From: Tubulanus polymorphus
Lineage: Eukaryota > Animalia > Nemertea
Assembly (NCBI RefSeq): GCF_964204645.1
Contig: NC_134029.1
Coordinates: 14,038,850-14,102,849 of the forward strand
Direction of reading: 5' to 3'
DNA length: 64,000 nucleotides
The position numbers were made by a program, and so were the translations under genes. Below are positions 11,382 through 21,828 of this stretch, in pieces; position 1 is the stretch's first letter, and the number at the start of each line of letters is the position of its first letter. Below the pieces are notes generated by a model that saw only the letters and a program-made list of their open reading frames with translations, made no database searches and was not told the DNA's origin.

Positions 11382-13937
11382 GATACTCCCCAATGACTAC
11401 ACGTAGCCTTCAAAAACTTCGAAACAAACTGGGAACCGTTGTCAGTTAACAACCGTGATGGTGGACCGAACCTGGTAAACACATCCCTCACGAGACATAT
11501 GGCTACTTCTTTCCCAGTTGCTCTTTTTAAAGGGAAAAACTCGACCCACTTAGAGAAATGATCTCGTACAACTAAAATATATTTATGACCTGAATATGAC
11601 TCAGGCAAGGGACCGACGAGATCAGCCGCCACCAATTCCCAGGGCGAGTTTGAAACTACAGACTCCATAGACCCAGCAGGTTTTCTATACTGAGGCTTAA
11701 TTTTTTGACAAACCTCGCAGCCTCTGACATAATTACGTATATCTTTTCCTACACCGATCCAATAGAAAAACTTGAGAACTCTCAACATTGTCTTTTTTCT
11801 ACCGAAATGACCAGCCGTGGGGCAATCATATATCTCCCTCACTACATGATACCTCAAAATATCAGGTACTACAACTTATCTACCTGACTCCGTTATTCTA
11901 TAAAGATATTGCTCAAAAACACAGTTTTTGGAAAAATTCTTCAGCTTAGGAGATGCATGGTCGCCCTCACCATCTTGCAAATACTTTATGACCGAGCCCA
12001 AAAAAGGATCATCCAGTTGTAGCTGGACTAACTGATCCATTCCAGGAATTGGAAGATCAATAATAGGAAGTGGGACCCGATCCAGAGGATCAGCATCTCG
12101 TTTCTCGAGAAGACAATTCTTGCAATTAAAATCTAAATTCTCGGCCTCCTCTGGATCGATTCCCACACAAACATCATGATACCAATATTTACAAACATCG
12201 CACTGGATCCAATCTATCAAATCACCGGTAGGTTTAATACAATTATTGTCCTGACAAATATCATCACCGAATTCTACATTAATAACACCAACCGACAAAA
12301 CCGGATCGAACCTAGGATCCCTACTTAACGCATCAGGCACGACGTGGAGTTTTCCTTTTCTATACCTTATTTCGAAAAATCGAAATCCTGAACACGCAGT
12401 ACCCAACAATAAAGCCGGGACGATAAATTAGTCTTTGTAGTGAAAATCCACGTCAACGCCTGATGGTCAGTTACAACAGTAATGTGTCGCCCTTCAACTA
12501 GGGGTCGCCACTTTTCTAAGGCCCAAACGACCGCTAATATTTCTCTTTCTGTCGTACTATAGTTGCGCTCGGCAACATTTAATGTTCTACTACTAAAACC
12601 GATTGGCTTAAGGACTCCATCTTGAACCTGGTTCAGAGACGCACCCAGACCCACCCCACTCGCATCAGTATGTAATTCAAAATCAGCATCCGGATCCGGA
12701 TGAGTTAAGCAAGGGGCGGAGCAGATAAGGTCCTTAAGCCTGAGAAATGCACCTTCGCATTCAGTTGACCAACACCAACTAATTTCCTTTCTACGTAACT
12801 GAAAAAGCGGTTCAGCTATGGTGGAGCAATTTGGAATAAATTTGGAAAACCAACCCACCATTCCAAGGAAACGATCTAACTGTCGACGATTCGTAGTAGC
12901 AGGATAGTCCACGATAGCCTGAACCTTTTCCGGCCCAGCGGAAATACCGATTTCAGATACCCCGTGACCTACATACACTGTATCGGTCACAAAAAATCTA
13001 CTCTTTTCTAGACTTGCAGTAAGACCTGCCTCTCTCATACATTGTAACACTATTCTTAAATGCTCAAAGTGCTCCTCCCATGTGAGGGAATAAATAATGA
13101 TGTCGTCAAATTCGACCTCGCAAAATTTTCCGAGGCACCCGTGCTTTCTCAAAACCTTTTCCATGAGGCGCTGGAAGGTGGCAGGTCCATTTTTTACACC
13201 AAAAGGTAATACCTTGAATTGATACAGTTTCTCCCCCAAGGAGAAAGCGGTTAACTCTCTGTCTTCTTTCCGTAATGGCACCTGCCAAAATCCAGGCTTC
13301 ATGTCAAGCTTTGAGAAAACCCGGGCACCGTGCAAACGCAAAAGAATATCGTCGAGCTTTTTCATCGGATTAGCATCCGATTTAGTTTTTGCATTTAATT
13401 TTTGGTAGTCGACGCACATACGAAATTTTCCGTTAGGTTTCGGAACCATAACGATCGGACTCCGCCATGGTGATTTAGATTCTTCAATTACGCCGCTGCG
13501 TAACATTTCCGGAATCTGTTCTTCCGCTGCTCGACGTTTCGCAGGAGACAGATTATACGGTTTCTGCCTGACCGGGGCGTTGTCGTCCAAAACGATCTCG
13601 TGTTGTAAGACACGAGTTCTACCCAGAGAATAGCTAATAACGTCAGGAAATTCGCTCAATATCGCTTCAACGGCCTCGTGGCATTCAACGTCGGTAAACG
13701 GCTCAGCATCACGTCCACCGTCAATCCAGCTCTGTAGATAAAGTCTCTGCCAATCAAAACCGGAGTTGACATCGACTCCACGACGACACATTCCACACTC
13801 AGCGTCAGGCCACAGCAACCAATGTCGAGCATGACGACACCCGACGGCGAGAAGGTGGAACCTTTAAACCATTGCAGAATGGTTTCGTTACGTTTCACTG
13901 GCTTTACGCACAGTTTTTTACACAAATCTTCGGTTAC
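11378..13937 (-). pseudogene. Gypsy pol (protease C-half, RT, RNase H, PHD finger, truncated integrase), disrupted
   Basis: IGRDF (PR); SPWRSPIVMVPK, RMCVDY, GFWQ, LPFGVKNGPATFQRLM, FDDII (RT); TDASGVGLGA, NYSTTEREILA, TDHQAL, DALSR (RH); GHFG..CEVC, DLVGPLP, TDNGSQF (IN). Frameshifts near 13690 and 12378, an in-frame stop at 11876-11878, and the integrase C-half is missing. Confidence 0.92.
12113..12256 (-). other. PHD finger (C4HC3) encoded in-frame within pol, between RNase H and integrase
   Basis: CQDNNC-IKPTGDLID-WIQCDVC-KYWYH-DVC-VGIDPEEAENLDFN-CKNC; all eight Zn ligands present. Confidence 0.93.
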
Positions 13938-15194
13938 TTACGTTACCGAAGCACCCGAATCCACCAAACCATGCATTGACGAAGTATTAACTTGAAGTTC
14001 GATTAATGGCCCTGGATCGGAAAACGACTTGTCCGGAACAAATTCACGCGCGTTCGCTCTTAAGGACGACGGACGATACCCTCCAACGGTAACAAATTTT
14101 ACCTCTTTGCGAACTGTTTCATCACGACGATTCGGTTCGTGACGATTTCGATCACTACGTTTCGGGCAATCACGACGTTTGTGCCCTAATTCACCGCAGT
14201 TGTAGCACGCATCGTTGTAACGATGAGAAACGCTAGGTTGTTTCTCCCAGCTACCCTGACGATCTCGATCTCTCGACGGTTTGTGTTCGAATTTCGAATC
14301 GAACCTTTTCCCTTCAATTTCCTTCTCCTCGCGAAGTAATTTCTTTTGAGTCGCGTAATCGTCAGCGAACATAGCAAGTTCACGCGCACTCAATTCATCT
14401 CGCTGTGAAAGTTTCATTCGAAGAGTTTCATCTCGAAGATTGGACAAAAACTGGTCGGAAACAAGTCTATCCTGAATTCTGACATATTCCGAATTTTCCA
14501 GTAGCGAATCTGACGGCGTCAACCAATATCTGGCATATTCTTCCAATCGCGCAACGAAATCTACGAACGTTTCGGAGTGACTTTTCGTTTCTCTACGGAA
14601 CTTCGGACGATACGCGGATGGTGTCAGTCGATATCTGACAAATATCGCATCCTTCACAGTTTTGTCGACCTTTCTATCAGCATCGCTTAACGAAAAATAC
14701 GCCCGCTGCGCCGGACCGGTCAGATACGGTTCCAACACGCTCGTTAAATCGCTCGAGGCAATTCTGTATCTATTCGCCAAATTCTCAAATATACGGAACC
14801 AGTGATGTATGTCATCGTTCTCAGACAGTTTAGTCATCTCTTTAATTATAGCAGGAGAATCCGGTGGCTGGCTTCGACTATTAGATACCAGCTTCTGTAC
14901 AGTCTCCAACAACGCTTCATTATCCTCGCGACGAGACGCCGAAAAATGTTCAAGTAGTCCTTTGAAGATCTTCTCGGTGTCAAGGAGAGACGACGACGGT
15001 GTAATAGGAGGGGTCGGTTCCCTCATCGCACTTAAGTCTGACAACGCATCGATCTTCTCTTCCTTCGTTTTCACGACACCGAGATCCAAATGGTTCACCT
15101 CACAAAGGGTTGTGAGATAGTCGTTCGTGTAACGACGCAATCCGGAAGCAACTTCTTCCTTCCGTGACATCTTCAACGACGCTGATGTCACCAA
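13938..15194 (-). CDS. Gypsy gag (SCAN-like capsid, CCHC knuckle) fused to protease N-half
   Basis: CYNCGELGHKRRDC knuckle; LTGPAQRAY..RYRLT..ETFVDF..DQFL capsid motifs; LVDSGAS protease active site, followed by an in-frame TAA with protease sequence continuing in the same frame. Confidence 0.88.
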   Translation of the reverse strand: MVTSASLKMSRKEEVASGLRRYTNDYLTTLCEVNHLDLGVVKTKEEKIDALSDLSAMREPTPPITPSSSLLDTEKIFKGLLEHFSASRREDNEALLETVQKLVSNSRSQPPDSPAIIKEMTKLSENDDIHHWFRIFENLANRYRIASSDLTSVLEPYLTGPAQRAYFSLSDADRKVDKTVKDAIFVRYRLTPSAYRPKFRRETKSHSETFVDFVARLEEYARYWLTPSDSLLENSEYVRIQDRLVSDQFLSNLRDETLRMKLSQRDELSARELAMFADDYATQKKLLREEKEIEGKRFDSKFEHKPSRDRDRQGSWEKQPSVSHRYNDACYNCGELGHKRRDCPKRSDRNRHEPNRRDETVRKEVKFVTVGGYRPSSLRANAREFVPDKSFSDPGPLIELQVNTSSMHGLVDSGASVT

Positions 15195-15928
15195 CCGAAC
15201 GAAACAACGATTAAAGGGGTAATCATTAAAACGAACCGACGATTATAAGGGTATAACCATCAAATCACGACAAATGTCACCGTTAAAACGAAACAACGAT
15301 TAAAGGAGTAATCATTAAAACATCACCGTTAAAACGAACCGACGATTATAAGGGTATAACCATCAAATCACGACTAATGTCACCGTTAAAACGAACCAAC
15401 GATTAAAGGAGTAATCGTTAAAACATCACCGTTAAAACGAACCGACGATTATAAGGGTATAGCCATCAAATCACGACAAATGTCACCGTTAAAACGAACC
15501 AACGATTAAAGGAGTAATCGTTAAAACATCACCGTTAAAACGAACCGACGATTATAAGGGAATAACCATCAAATCACGACAAATGTAACCGTTAAAACGA
15601 ACCAACGATTAAAGGGGTAATCATTAAAACATCACCGTTAAAACGAACCGACGATTATAAGGGTATAACCATCAAATCACGACAAATGTCACCGTTAAAA
15701 CGAACCAACGATTAAAGGAGTAATCGTTAAAACATCACCGTTAAAACGAACCGACGATTATAAGGGTATAACCATCAAATCACGACAGATGTCACCGTTA
15801 AAACGAACCAACGATTAAAGGAGTAATCGTTAAAACATCACCATTAAAACGAACCGACGATTATAAGGGTAAAACCATCAAATCACGACAAATGTCACCG
15901 TTAAAACGAACCAACGATTAAAGGAGCA
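15195..15928. repeat. 103-bp tandem array (~7 units) in the Gypsy 5' leader
   Basis: gacgattataaggg at 15238, 15341, 15444, 15547, 15650, 15753 and 15856; each unit is two related subunits starting tcaccgttaaaacgaacc. Confidence 0.95.
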
Positions 15929-16016
15929 TTGTTAACGAAAGGCGTAACCAGTCCACGTGCGACTGGGCTGGTCGTTTCGAAAACGCAAAAAAAAACCATG
16001 TCCACTTCGATAATTA

Positions 16017-16031
16017 CCACGTTGGGCGCCA
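16017..16031 (-). promoter_or_regulatory. Primer-binding site, tRNA-Lys(CUU)
   Basis: Minus strand TGGCGCCCAACGTGG, 4 nt after the 5' LTR, complementary to the 3' end of tRNA-Lys1,2. Confidence 0.88.
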
Positions 16032-16035
16032 ATTT

Positions 16036-16366
16036 TGTAGAGGTCCTTCTCAGCGTGACCGATGTCCTCCGATGACAGCGACAGACAAAGAACAACTACA
16101 ACACACGACGACCAGACATCGTACCAACTTTATTATCGAAAGCGTCGACCACGCACGCCATGTACCCGGAAGTACTCAACATCAATACAATTTTATTACA
16201 ATTGACCTATTACAACGATAGATGGCGCTTGTATGTAATCAAGCCCACTACAATGCGCGCCGGGAAAAATAGCTTATCATTTCCATGTGTTGAACACCAC
16301 AACAGTGATTAAATTTACACGTTGTTTGTCATAAATTGCAATATCGCGATGGTTATTTGCCGCTAC
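16036..16366 (-). repeat. 5' LTR of Gypsy element
   Basis: Direct repeat of 11051-11381; adjacent to the PBS. Confidence 0.95.
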
Positions 16367-16392
16367 TGTAGTTTTTTGGAATTGAATTGAGT

Positions 16393-16600
16393 GCCCTCGG
16401 TAGCTCAGTGAGATAAGGCGTGATGCTGTTGCATACACTATCAGTGCTAAGTGACTAGTGGGTTAGAGTCCTGCTGGCTGCTTACAGTGTGCGGACAACA
16501 CTTCAAAAGCGGTCCCGTCGTGAGCTTAAATGAACAATCCAATCTAGGATTAAAAACCAAGGTCCAAACGACGTAAACAAACAAAAAGACAAACAAGCAA
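16393..16600 (+). mobile_element. tRNA-derived SINE (diverged)
   Basis: A-box-like ggtagctcagtgag, B-box-like ggttagagtcc, and an (aaac)n tail. Confidence 0.65.
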
Positions 16601-16953
16601 TCATCAGCCTGCCTCAGTGACACCAACGCCAACATCGCTCTCTGTGCGACATTTTGATGCATATGTTTGTCCGGTGTATCTACCTATCATGCATCAGAGT
16701 ATTTTGCATTCAGAAAAATTGTTTTGTTTTTGTTTTCTTTATTCAGCAATAGGGCCTAACAGTTCATGCAAAAAAACCAGTCAGTCGGGATTACCCTTGC
16801 AGTTGTACGTTGAATACGAATGTGTAGGCGAAAGTGCCGAAATTGTTGTATTAAATGGGTTTTTGTATACAAATCTTGATTGATATAAATCTCTTGGCTG
16901 GGACATGATGGAAAACATCAGAACTAGTTTTGTCTTTAACAAAATTACATTAA

Positions 16954-17234
16954 CCCTTACAGTGCGTCTACACCGCAGTGCGGTGTATAAACCAGTGATG
17001 GATTTTGCTAGTACACCGCACTGCGGTGTATTGATTTAATTAGTAATTATCTCTCTTGAAAGATGGCAGCACCTGTCAAACATAGTGAAATATTAGTAAC
17101 TAACGATATACCGCGCCACCGTGTAGACGCACTATAGTGGTATTCTCGTTATTTAACACACTAGGGCCAAATTTTTCAAAAATTTTGAATTGTCTCCAGC
17201 ACTTTAGGGTATTAACTAGTCAGCACTGCAAGGG
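16954..17234. mobile_element. piggyBac-type MITE
   Basis: TTAA on both flanks; TIR cccttacagtgc/gcactgcaaggg; internal palindrome tacaccgcagtgcggtgta, with a related copy nearby. Confidence 0.8.
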
Positions 17235-18035
17235 TTAATGAGGTTTAACAATACAAATAGCGAAGGCTAAATTGTTCGGCACAGAAAAATGAAATTCATT
17301 CAATTCTTAAGTCTTGGGTCCTCCCTATCAACATCGTCATAGAACATTTTCCGGCAGATGTAAAACATTAACCACTTAATACCTTACCACGGTATAATCT
17401 ACCAATGCGTCAAAGCCTATGGGCCTCTTGTTTTGCTTTTCTTAATGCCCTTTTTGTAAAAAATGTTCAGTATAAATTGACAAAATTTCCTGTTGCTGCA
17501 AGTGCCTAGTCTTCTAGGAACCTGCAACCAGATTAGCTCCAATTTCTTATCAACAATTTATGGAACTAATTTGAAAGTTCACTGCAATTGCGAAGAGAAC
17601 ATCATGTGTATCAACAGCATATATACACAAATAGGTCGCAGAACCCCTCAGGTTTGAGCGTAATAAGGTGTATCAATCCGGATTTTTTTATAGTTTTAAG
17701 AGACAAAGATAAATTATGAGCTACGAAAAGAACAGTCCATTGGAAACCTCTGACTGTTAGTTCCTATGTATAGGAATGCGAATACTGAAGGGAACTTTAT
17801 TTTACACATTGAGCCATAATACACAAATGGCAGAATCCGCTTTATCCATATCAGGTTTATATGGTTTTTCAGCTTATACATTCACTGCGTTTAGTCCAAA
17901 TTCTTCTTTATATATTTCTCTAGTAAAATCATCAGTTAAAGTTATCGGTATTCCTTTGTAATTTTGTGGTCTAAATGTCCCTTTTTAAGGTTTTTTTACC
18001 TGGTTGATCAGAATCAAAAGAAGAGCATTCACTAG

Positions 18036-18300
18036 TTGGTTTACCTTTGTTCGTGATAGTGGAGTTGGCATTGAGCCAATAATGTGTAATCGTGGTACGT
18101 TTCTTTATGTGAGCAATTGGTTCATTGTTCTCAGCCTAAAAGACATATTATTGATGCGATTGAAGACATGCCAAACCTCTGTCGCTTCGTTAAAATTGTC
18201 TGTAAACTGTTTTTGGTGGGAAAATTCTTAGCTCTTGCATACAAAATTGGAATGACCTTGATTGGGGGCCATCGTGGCTCGTTTGAGAGCGAACGGACTT
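18036..18300 (+). mobile_element. HINE family B, diverged 5' fragment
   Basis: ttggtttacctttgt...gaaaattcttagctcttgc matches family B. Confidence 0.7.
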
Positions 18301-18348
18301 TAGCCCTCCTGATTCTTTGAATGAAAATCATTTCACTAATTGAATTTA

Positions 18349-19461
18349 ACCACAGAGATACCAGAAATCATATCCATAGTCAAATTTGGTATTTGACCTA
18401 GATATTCAAATTGTTGCACCAACACAACAATGGGTTTCAAGGGAATGCACGACCCCCAAAAATTCAAATATTTTTTTTCTTATTCTTGTGTTGTTATCCT
18501 ATCATTTAATATATGTACTTTTTCAACCATAGTAAATAATTGACATCGAATATTAGTAACTTCCCCAATTTGAATCTTAACTTACCTCCAAAATTTCACA
18601 CCTTCTCAAACCACCGACATCTTGGATGGTCATACAATCCATAAAAATGCCATCTCCATTTATCAATCCATAAGTAAACTAGAAGTGTTGCTTGTGAGCA
18701 GCAAAGGTTTCAAAAAGGTTATGTTTTGTCATTTAGGTATCCTAAGGAGGTTATATTTTATGTGTTGCACTCGTGCAACTTTGGGATCCAGGAAGAAAGA
18801 CACTCTAAATATTTGGATGGATATATGAAAGCTGTGGGTACTGGAGTGTGTAATGGGTAGTGTAGTGTGATCTGTGTGCATTTGTGGCCAGCACACAGAT
18901 CACATTGTTCATTGGGGTTTGGTCCAGGACTCGCGAGATTTTCAACAACACGGAAGTAACGTGTAATAAATGATGACTTGAATTGCATGACTACCTACCA
19001 CCCCTCATTATTGTTGGAAAACTATACGTTCGGCACTGACTAAAAATTAGAAATAACATTTTAGAAATGCCCAGAATTTTAACTTAGGTTCTTTCTCATT
19101 TTTATTTTACAATTGCGGTTGGTATAATCTTTTTTTAAACGGCCGTTAAGGCTTCATGTTTCGTCTGCAATTCACTGCAAATAGTTACGCAACTACGAAC
19201 ATTTCAGTGTTTTTGGCAGCTGTACACTCAATCGACACCGTTCGTGACTAGCTTCACTGTGGAATTATCATTAATTAACATCGCCATATCACATCATCAA
19301 CTTATATTGTGCCTTAAATCCCTAACAGCCGAAATAATTGAAATGTACACACGATTTCTATCATTGAAAATTGAGAGATTGGCCATGTTTGTGTTTGCTG
19401 CTTCGCGTAAATCCCGCGCGGTGGCGCAACCGCTCGGAGTGGGGCCGATACGTCTAGAGGG
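18349..19461 (-). mobile_element. Family C repeat, probable non-autonomous piggyBac-like element (left limit uncertain)
   Basis: Ends ...ctagaggg|ttaa; reverse-complement matches at 46234-46304, 47854-48280 and 52215-52335. Confidence 0.55.
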
Positions 19462-19688
19462 TTAAGTCCAGGCAGCTTCTCTCATAATGTTGTAGTGTTG
19501 GCTAGCAGCCTTGCCAGTGGTGGGCTTTGTATCATACTGATGTGTATACAAATTTAACTTTTAAGTTTGTGATTTTAAGTTATTTCTGATAAGTTCTTTC
19601 TTTTCTATCGTTTCAAGGTAAGTTTTTCACATTAAACATGTCAAAATTGCCTGTAAAATGTTTCACATGACTGGAAATAATGTATTAA

Positions 19689-20140
19689 CCCATTAGCACT
19701 AGACCTGCCTGTATCCGCCCTGCCTATTACTCCTCGAGACGCCCGAATCTGCCCTGGCACTTTTTTCGTATGCTGCATGAAAACGGTTTTAGTGCGATTC
19801 AAACCCAATAGCTTAAGATAAACTAGACACCCAAGTCCTTGAAATACCAAACAGAAATCAACATCCTCCTATTTCAATTTCGAGTTTTAACATGACACCG
19901 CTGATCGCTCACTTCAAATCCAAGTTTGTTTGGATGAATTTCGCGGGGTCCAAAAGGACACGATTTTGGTTGCCCACCTCATCAAATCTTACATCATAAG
20001 AAAGCCTTGACTATTTACTACAAAATAACACTAACTTGTAATGTATGGAAATTAACAGCAAATGTGCCATTCATTAGCGTGATGAACTTGGAATTTAGCT
20101 TGGATGACCCTACATAGTGCAATTCCTGAGTGCTAATGGG
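19689..20140. mobile_element. piggyBac-type MITE
   Basis: TTAA flanks; 12-bp TIR cccattagcact/agtgctaatggg. Confidence 0.8.
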
Positions 20141-20422
20141 TTAACTGATGATAAGATATTTCATGATTGATCCATCTTGATTTTTGTTTTCACATTCCTT
20201 TTGTTACAGTGGGAATGATAAAGTTCATTATTGCTGATATTGGAAAAATCCTATTTATTTTTTCCATCCTTGTTGTACTTAATATATTATTCTCCTTTCT
20301 TGGAGGATGGCAATCATGACATTAGGCGCCTGGATTTAATTCATAGTGTCATACTTGTGGAAAATCAAGTACGTAATAAATGACAGATAATGTTTTATGA
20401 ACACATGTGCATTCACTTTCAG

Positions 20423-20522
20423 GATATTACAGACCATGAACATCTCCGAAAATTGAAACATGAGAATTCAAGTTTAACGAATGAGAACAAACTGTTGAAA
20501 GAAAAATACAACCGAGCTACGA
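20423..20522 (+). CDS. Host gene exon (coiled coil, DITDHEHLRKLKHEN...)
   Basis: tttcag|...|gtacgt; 100 bp, phase 0 to 1. Confidence 0.8.
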
Positions 20523-20760
20523 GTACGTTTCTTTCGGAAATAGTAAAATCCTGTTGCCTCTGTCCTCACATGTTGCCGCCTAGTGTTGAATTCTTTAGTT
20601 TGCTATTTTAGTCTCAATCGTAACTATTGTTAATTTTGAACTGTTGAACTGCCTTAGGCCTACTGTTCGTTGTGAACAGATAGAGAATTCATTTAAATGT
20701 CTTTGATCGAACTTGTTGCTAACAGGACCATATAGAAAGATGTTTTCTGGTTCTACTTCA

Positions 20761-20865
20761 TGGGACATTTTTTTCAGGGGACATTATCTCCCTGGGACAT
20801 TTTTTCGGGGACATATTTTTCAGGGCATTTTTCCTAGGGGCATTATTTCCCGGGACATTTTTACC
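20761..20865. repeat. Degenerate ~16-bp minisatellite (gggacattttt..), possibly a foldback-arm remnant
   Basis: Six to seven gggRcat(t)n units. Confidence 0.6.
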
Positions 20866-21322
20866 TACGTTCATTATGTCCCGTACGGATTGTGGAAAGA
20901 AGACCTTTTTCTTTGACAATAAAGTTTCTATACATACTAAACTAAAAAGATTGAATGTAACAAGTATCTCAATCCCAAATCCCTTCAAACTTAAAATTTT
21001 AATAAAATCAGCTTACGTTGTATTGTTGTCTCTCCAAATGTTCTTACTGTAAAGTTCACGTGAAATTAAGTCTAATTGACTGTCATTGAGTGTATATTAC
21101 TATAGACCGCATGTAGCTCATGAGCTGCACATGCTTTAGAATGTAATTAGCGGCACGGACAGGTGATGTCGAGAATGACAAAGTGCAGAAACCTGTTGCA
21201 CAGATGCTATAGCTGTGATCAAAAGCAGTATTATCAATTTACGTCCCTTTGTTTCATAGTCCATGAGTAAACTTAATCTGATGAGTGGACCTGCTTTTCT
21301 GAGTTAAGAATGTATTTTTCAG

Positions 21323-21510
21323 CGCGACTCCAGGAGTTAGAGGATCTTGTTGTAAACTTACAACAACATCTTGATCAGTTACTTGAAGATCATTCCTCAG
21401 AACTCTCCAGTTTAAGAAAAAAGTTACGTCAGGAGTTTGAGATAGAGAGAAATGATCTGAATAAGAAGATTCACCTACTCAACCAGGATAATGAGCAACT
21501 CGGAATTGAG
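21323..21510 (+). CDS. Host gene exon (coiled coil, RLQELEDLVVNLQQ...)
   Basis: tttttcag|...gag|gtaatt; phase 1 to 0, matching the previous exon. Confidence 0.85.
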
Positions 21511-21828
21511 GTAATTGATTTCAAATCATCTAGTTAGGTAAAGAACGATATATCATATAAACCTACTACAGTAAACATCGGGATTCAGCTCACAGGTTTT
21601 AACTAATCAAGTGTTTCCCATGAGTTATGTGAGGGTGTTTAAATTTGAAAATTTTGACTGAATTTCATAAAGATTGGAATCAAATAACTGCATTTTTAGG
21701 TTTCTTGCTAGCGTACGCCATGTCATTTTGATTATAATCTTTCGTGAATTATGTTTTTAAACTTTTTTTGTTGGTTTTAATCATGCCTTATTGTAGTGAT
21801 TATATCGTCTTTTGATGTATCTTGTAGG

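Larger units (their letters stand above)
11051..16366 (-). mobile_element. Ty3/Gypsy LTR retrotransposon, defective, PHD-finger-bearing
   Basis: Two 331-bp direct LTRs, PBS, and domain order gag-PR-RT-RH-(PHD)-IN on the minus strand. Confidence 0.95.

Noticed and set aside
15195-15928. CRISPR-like repeat/spacer appearance
   Set aside because: The intervening segments are themselves repeated (two alternating subunits), there are no unique spacers or cas genes, and the array lies inside an LTR element in eukaryotic DNA.
16393-16480. tRNA gene
   Set aside because: A/B boxes are present but there is no credible cloverleaf, and a SINE-like body and tail follow.
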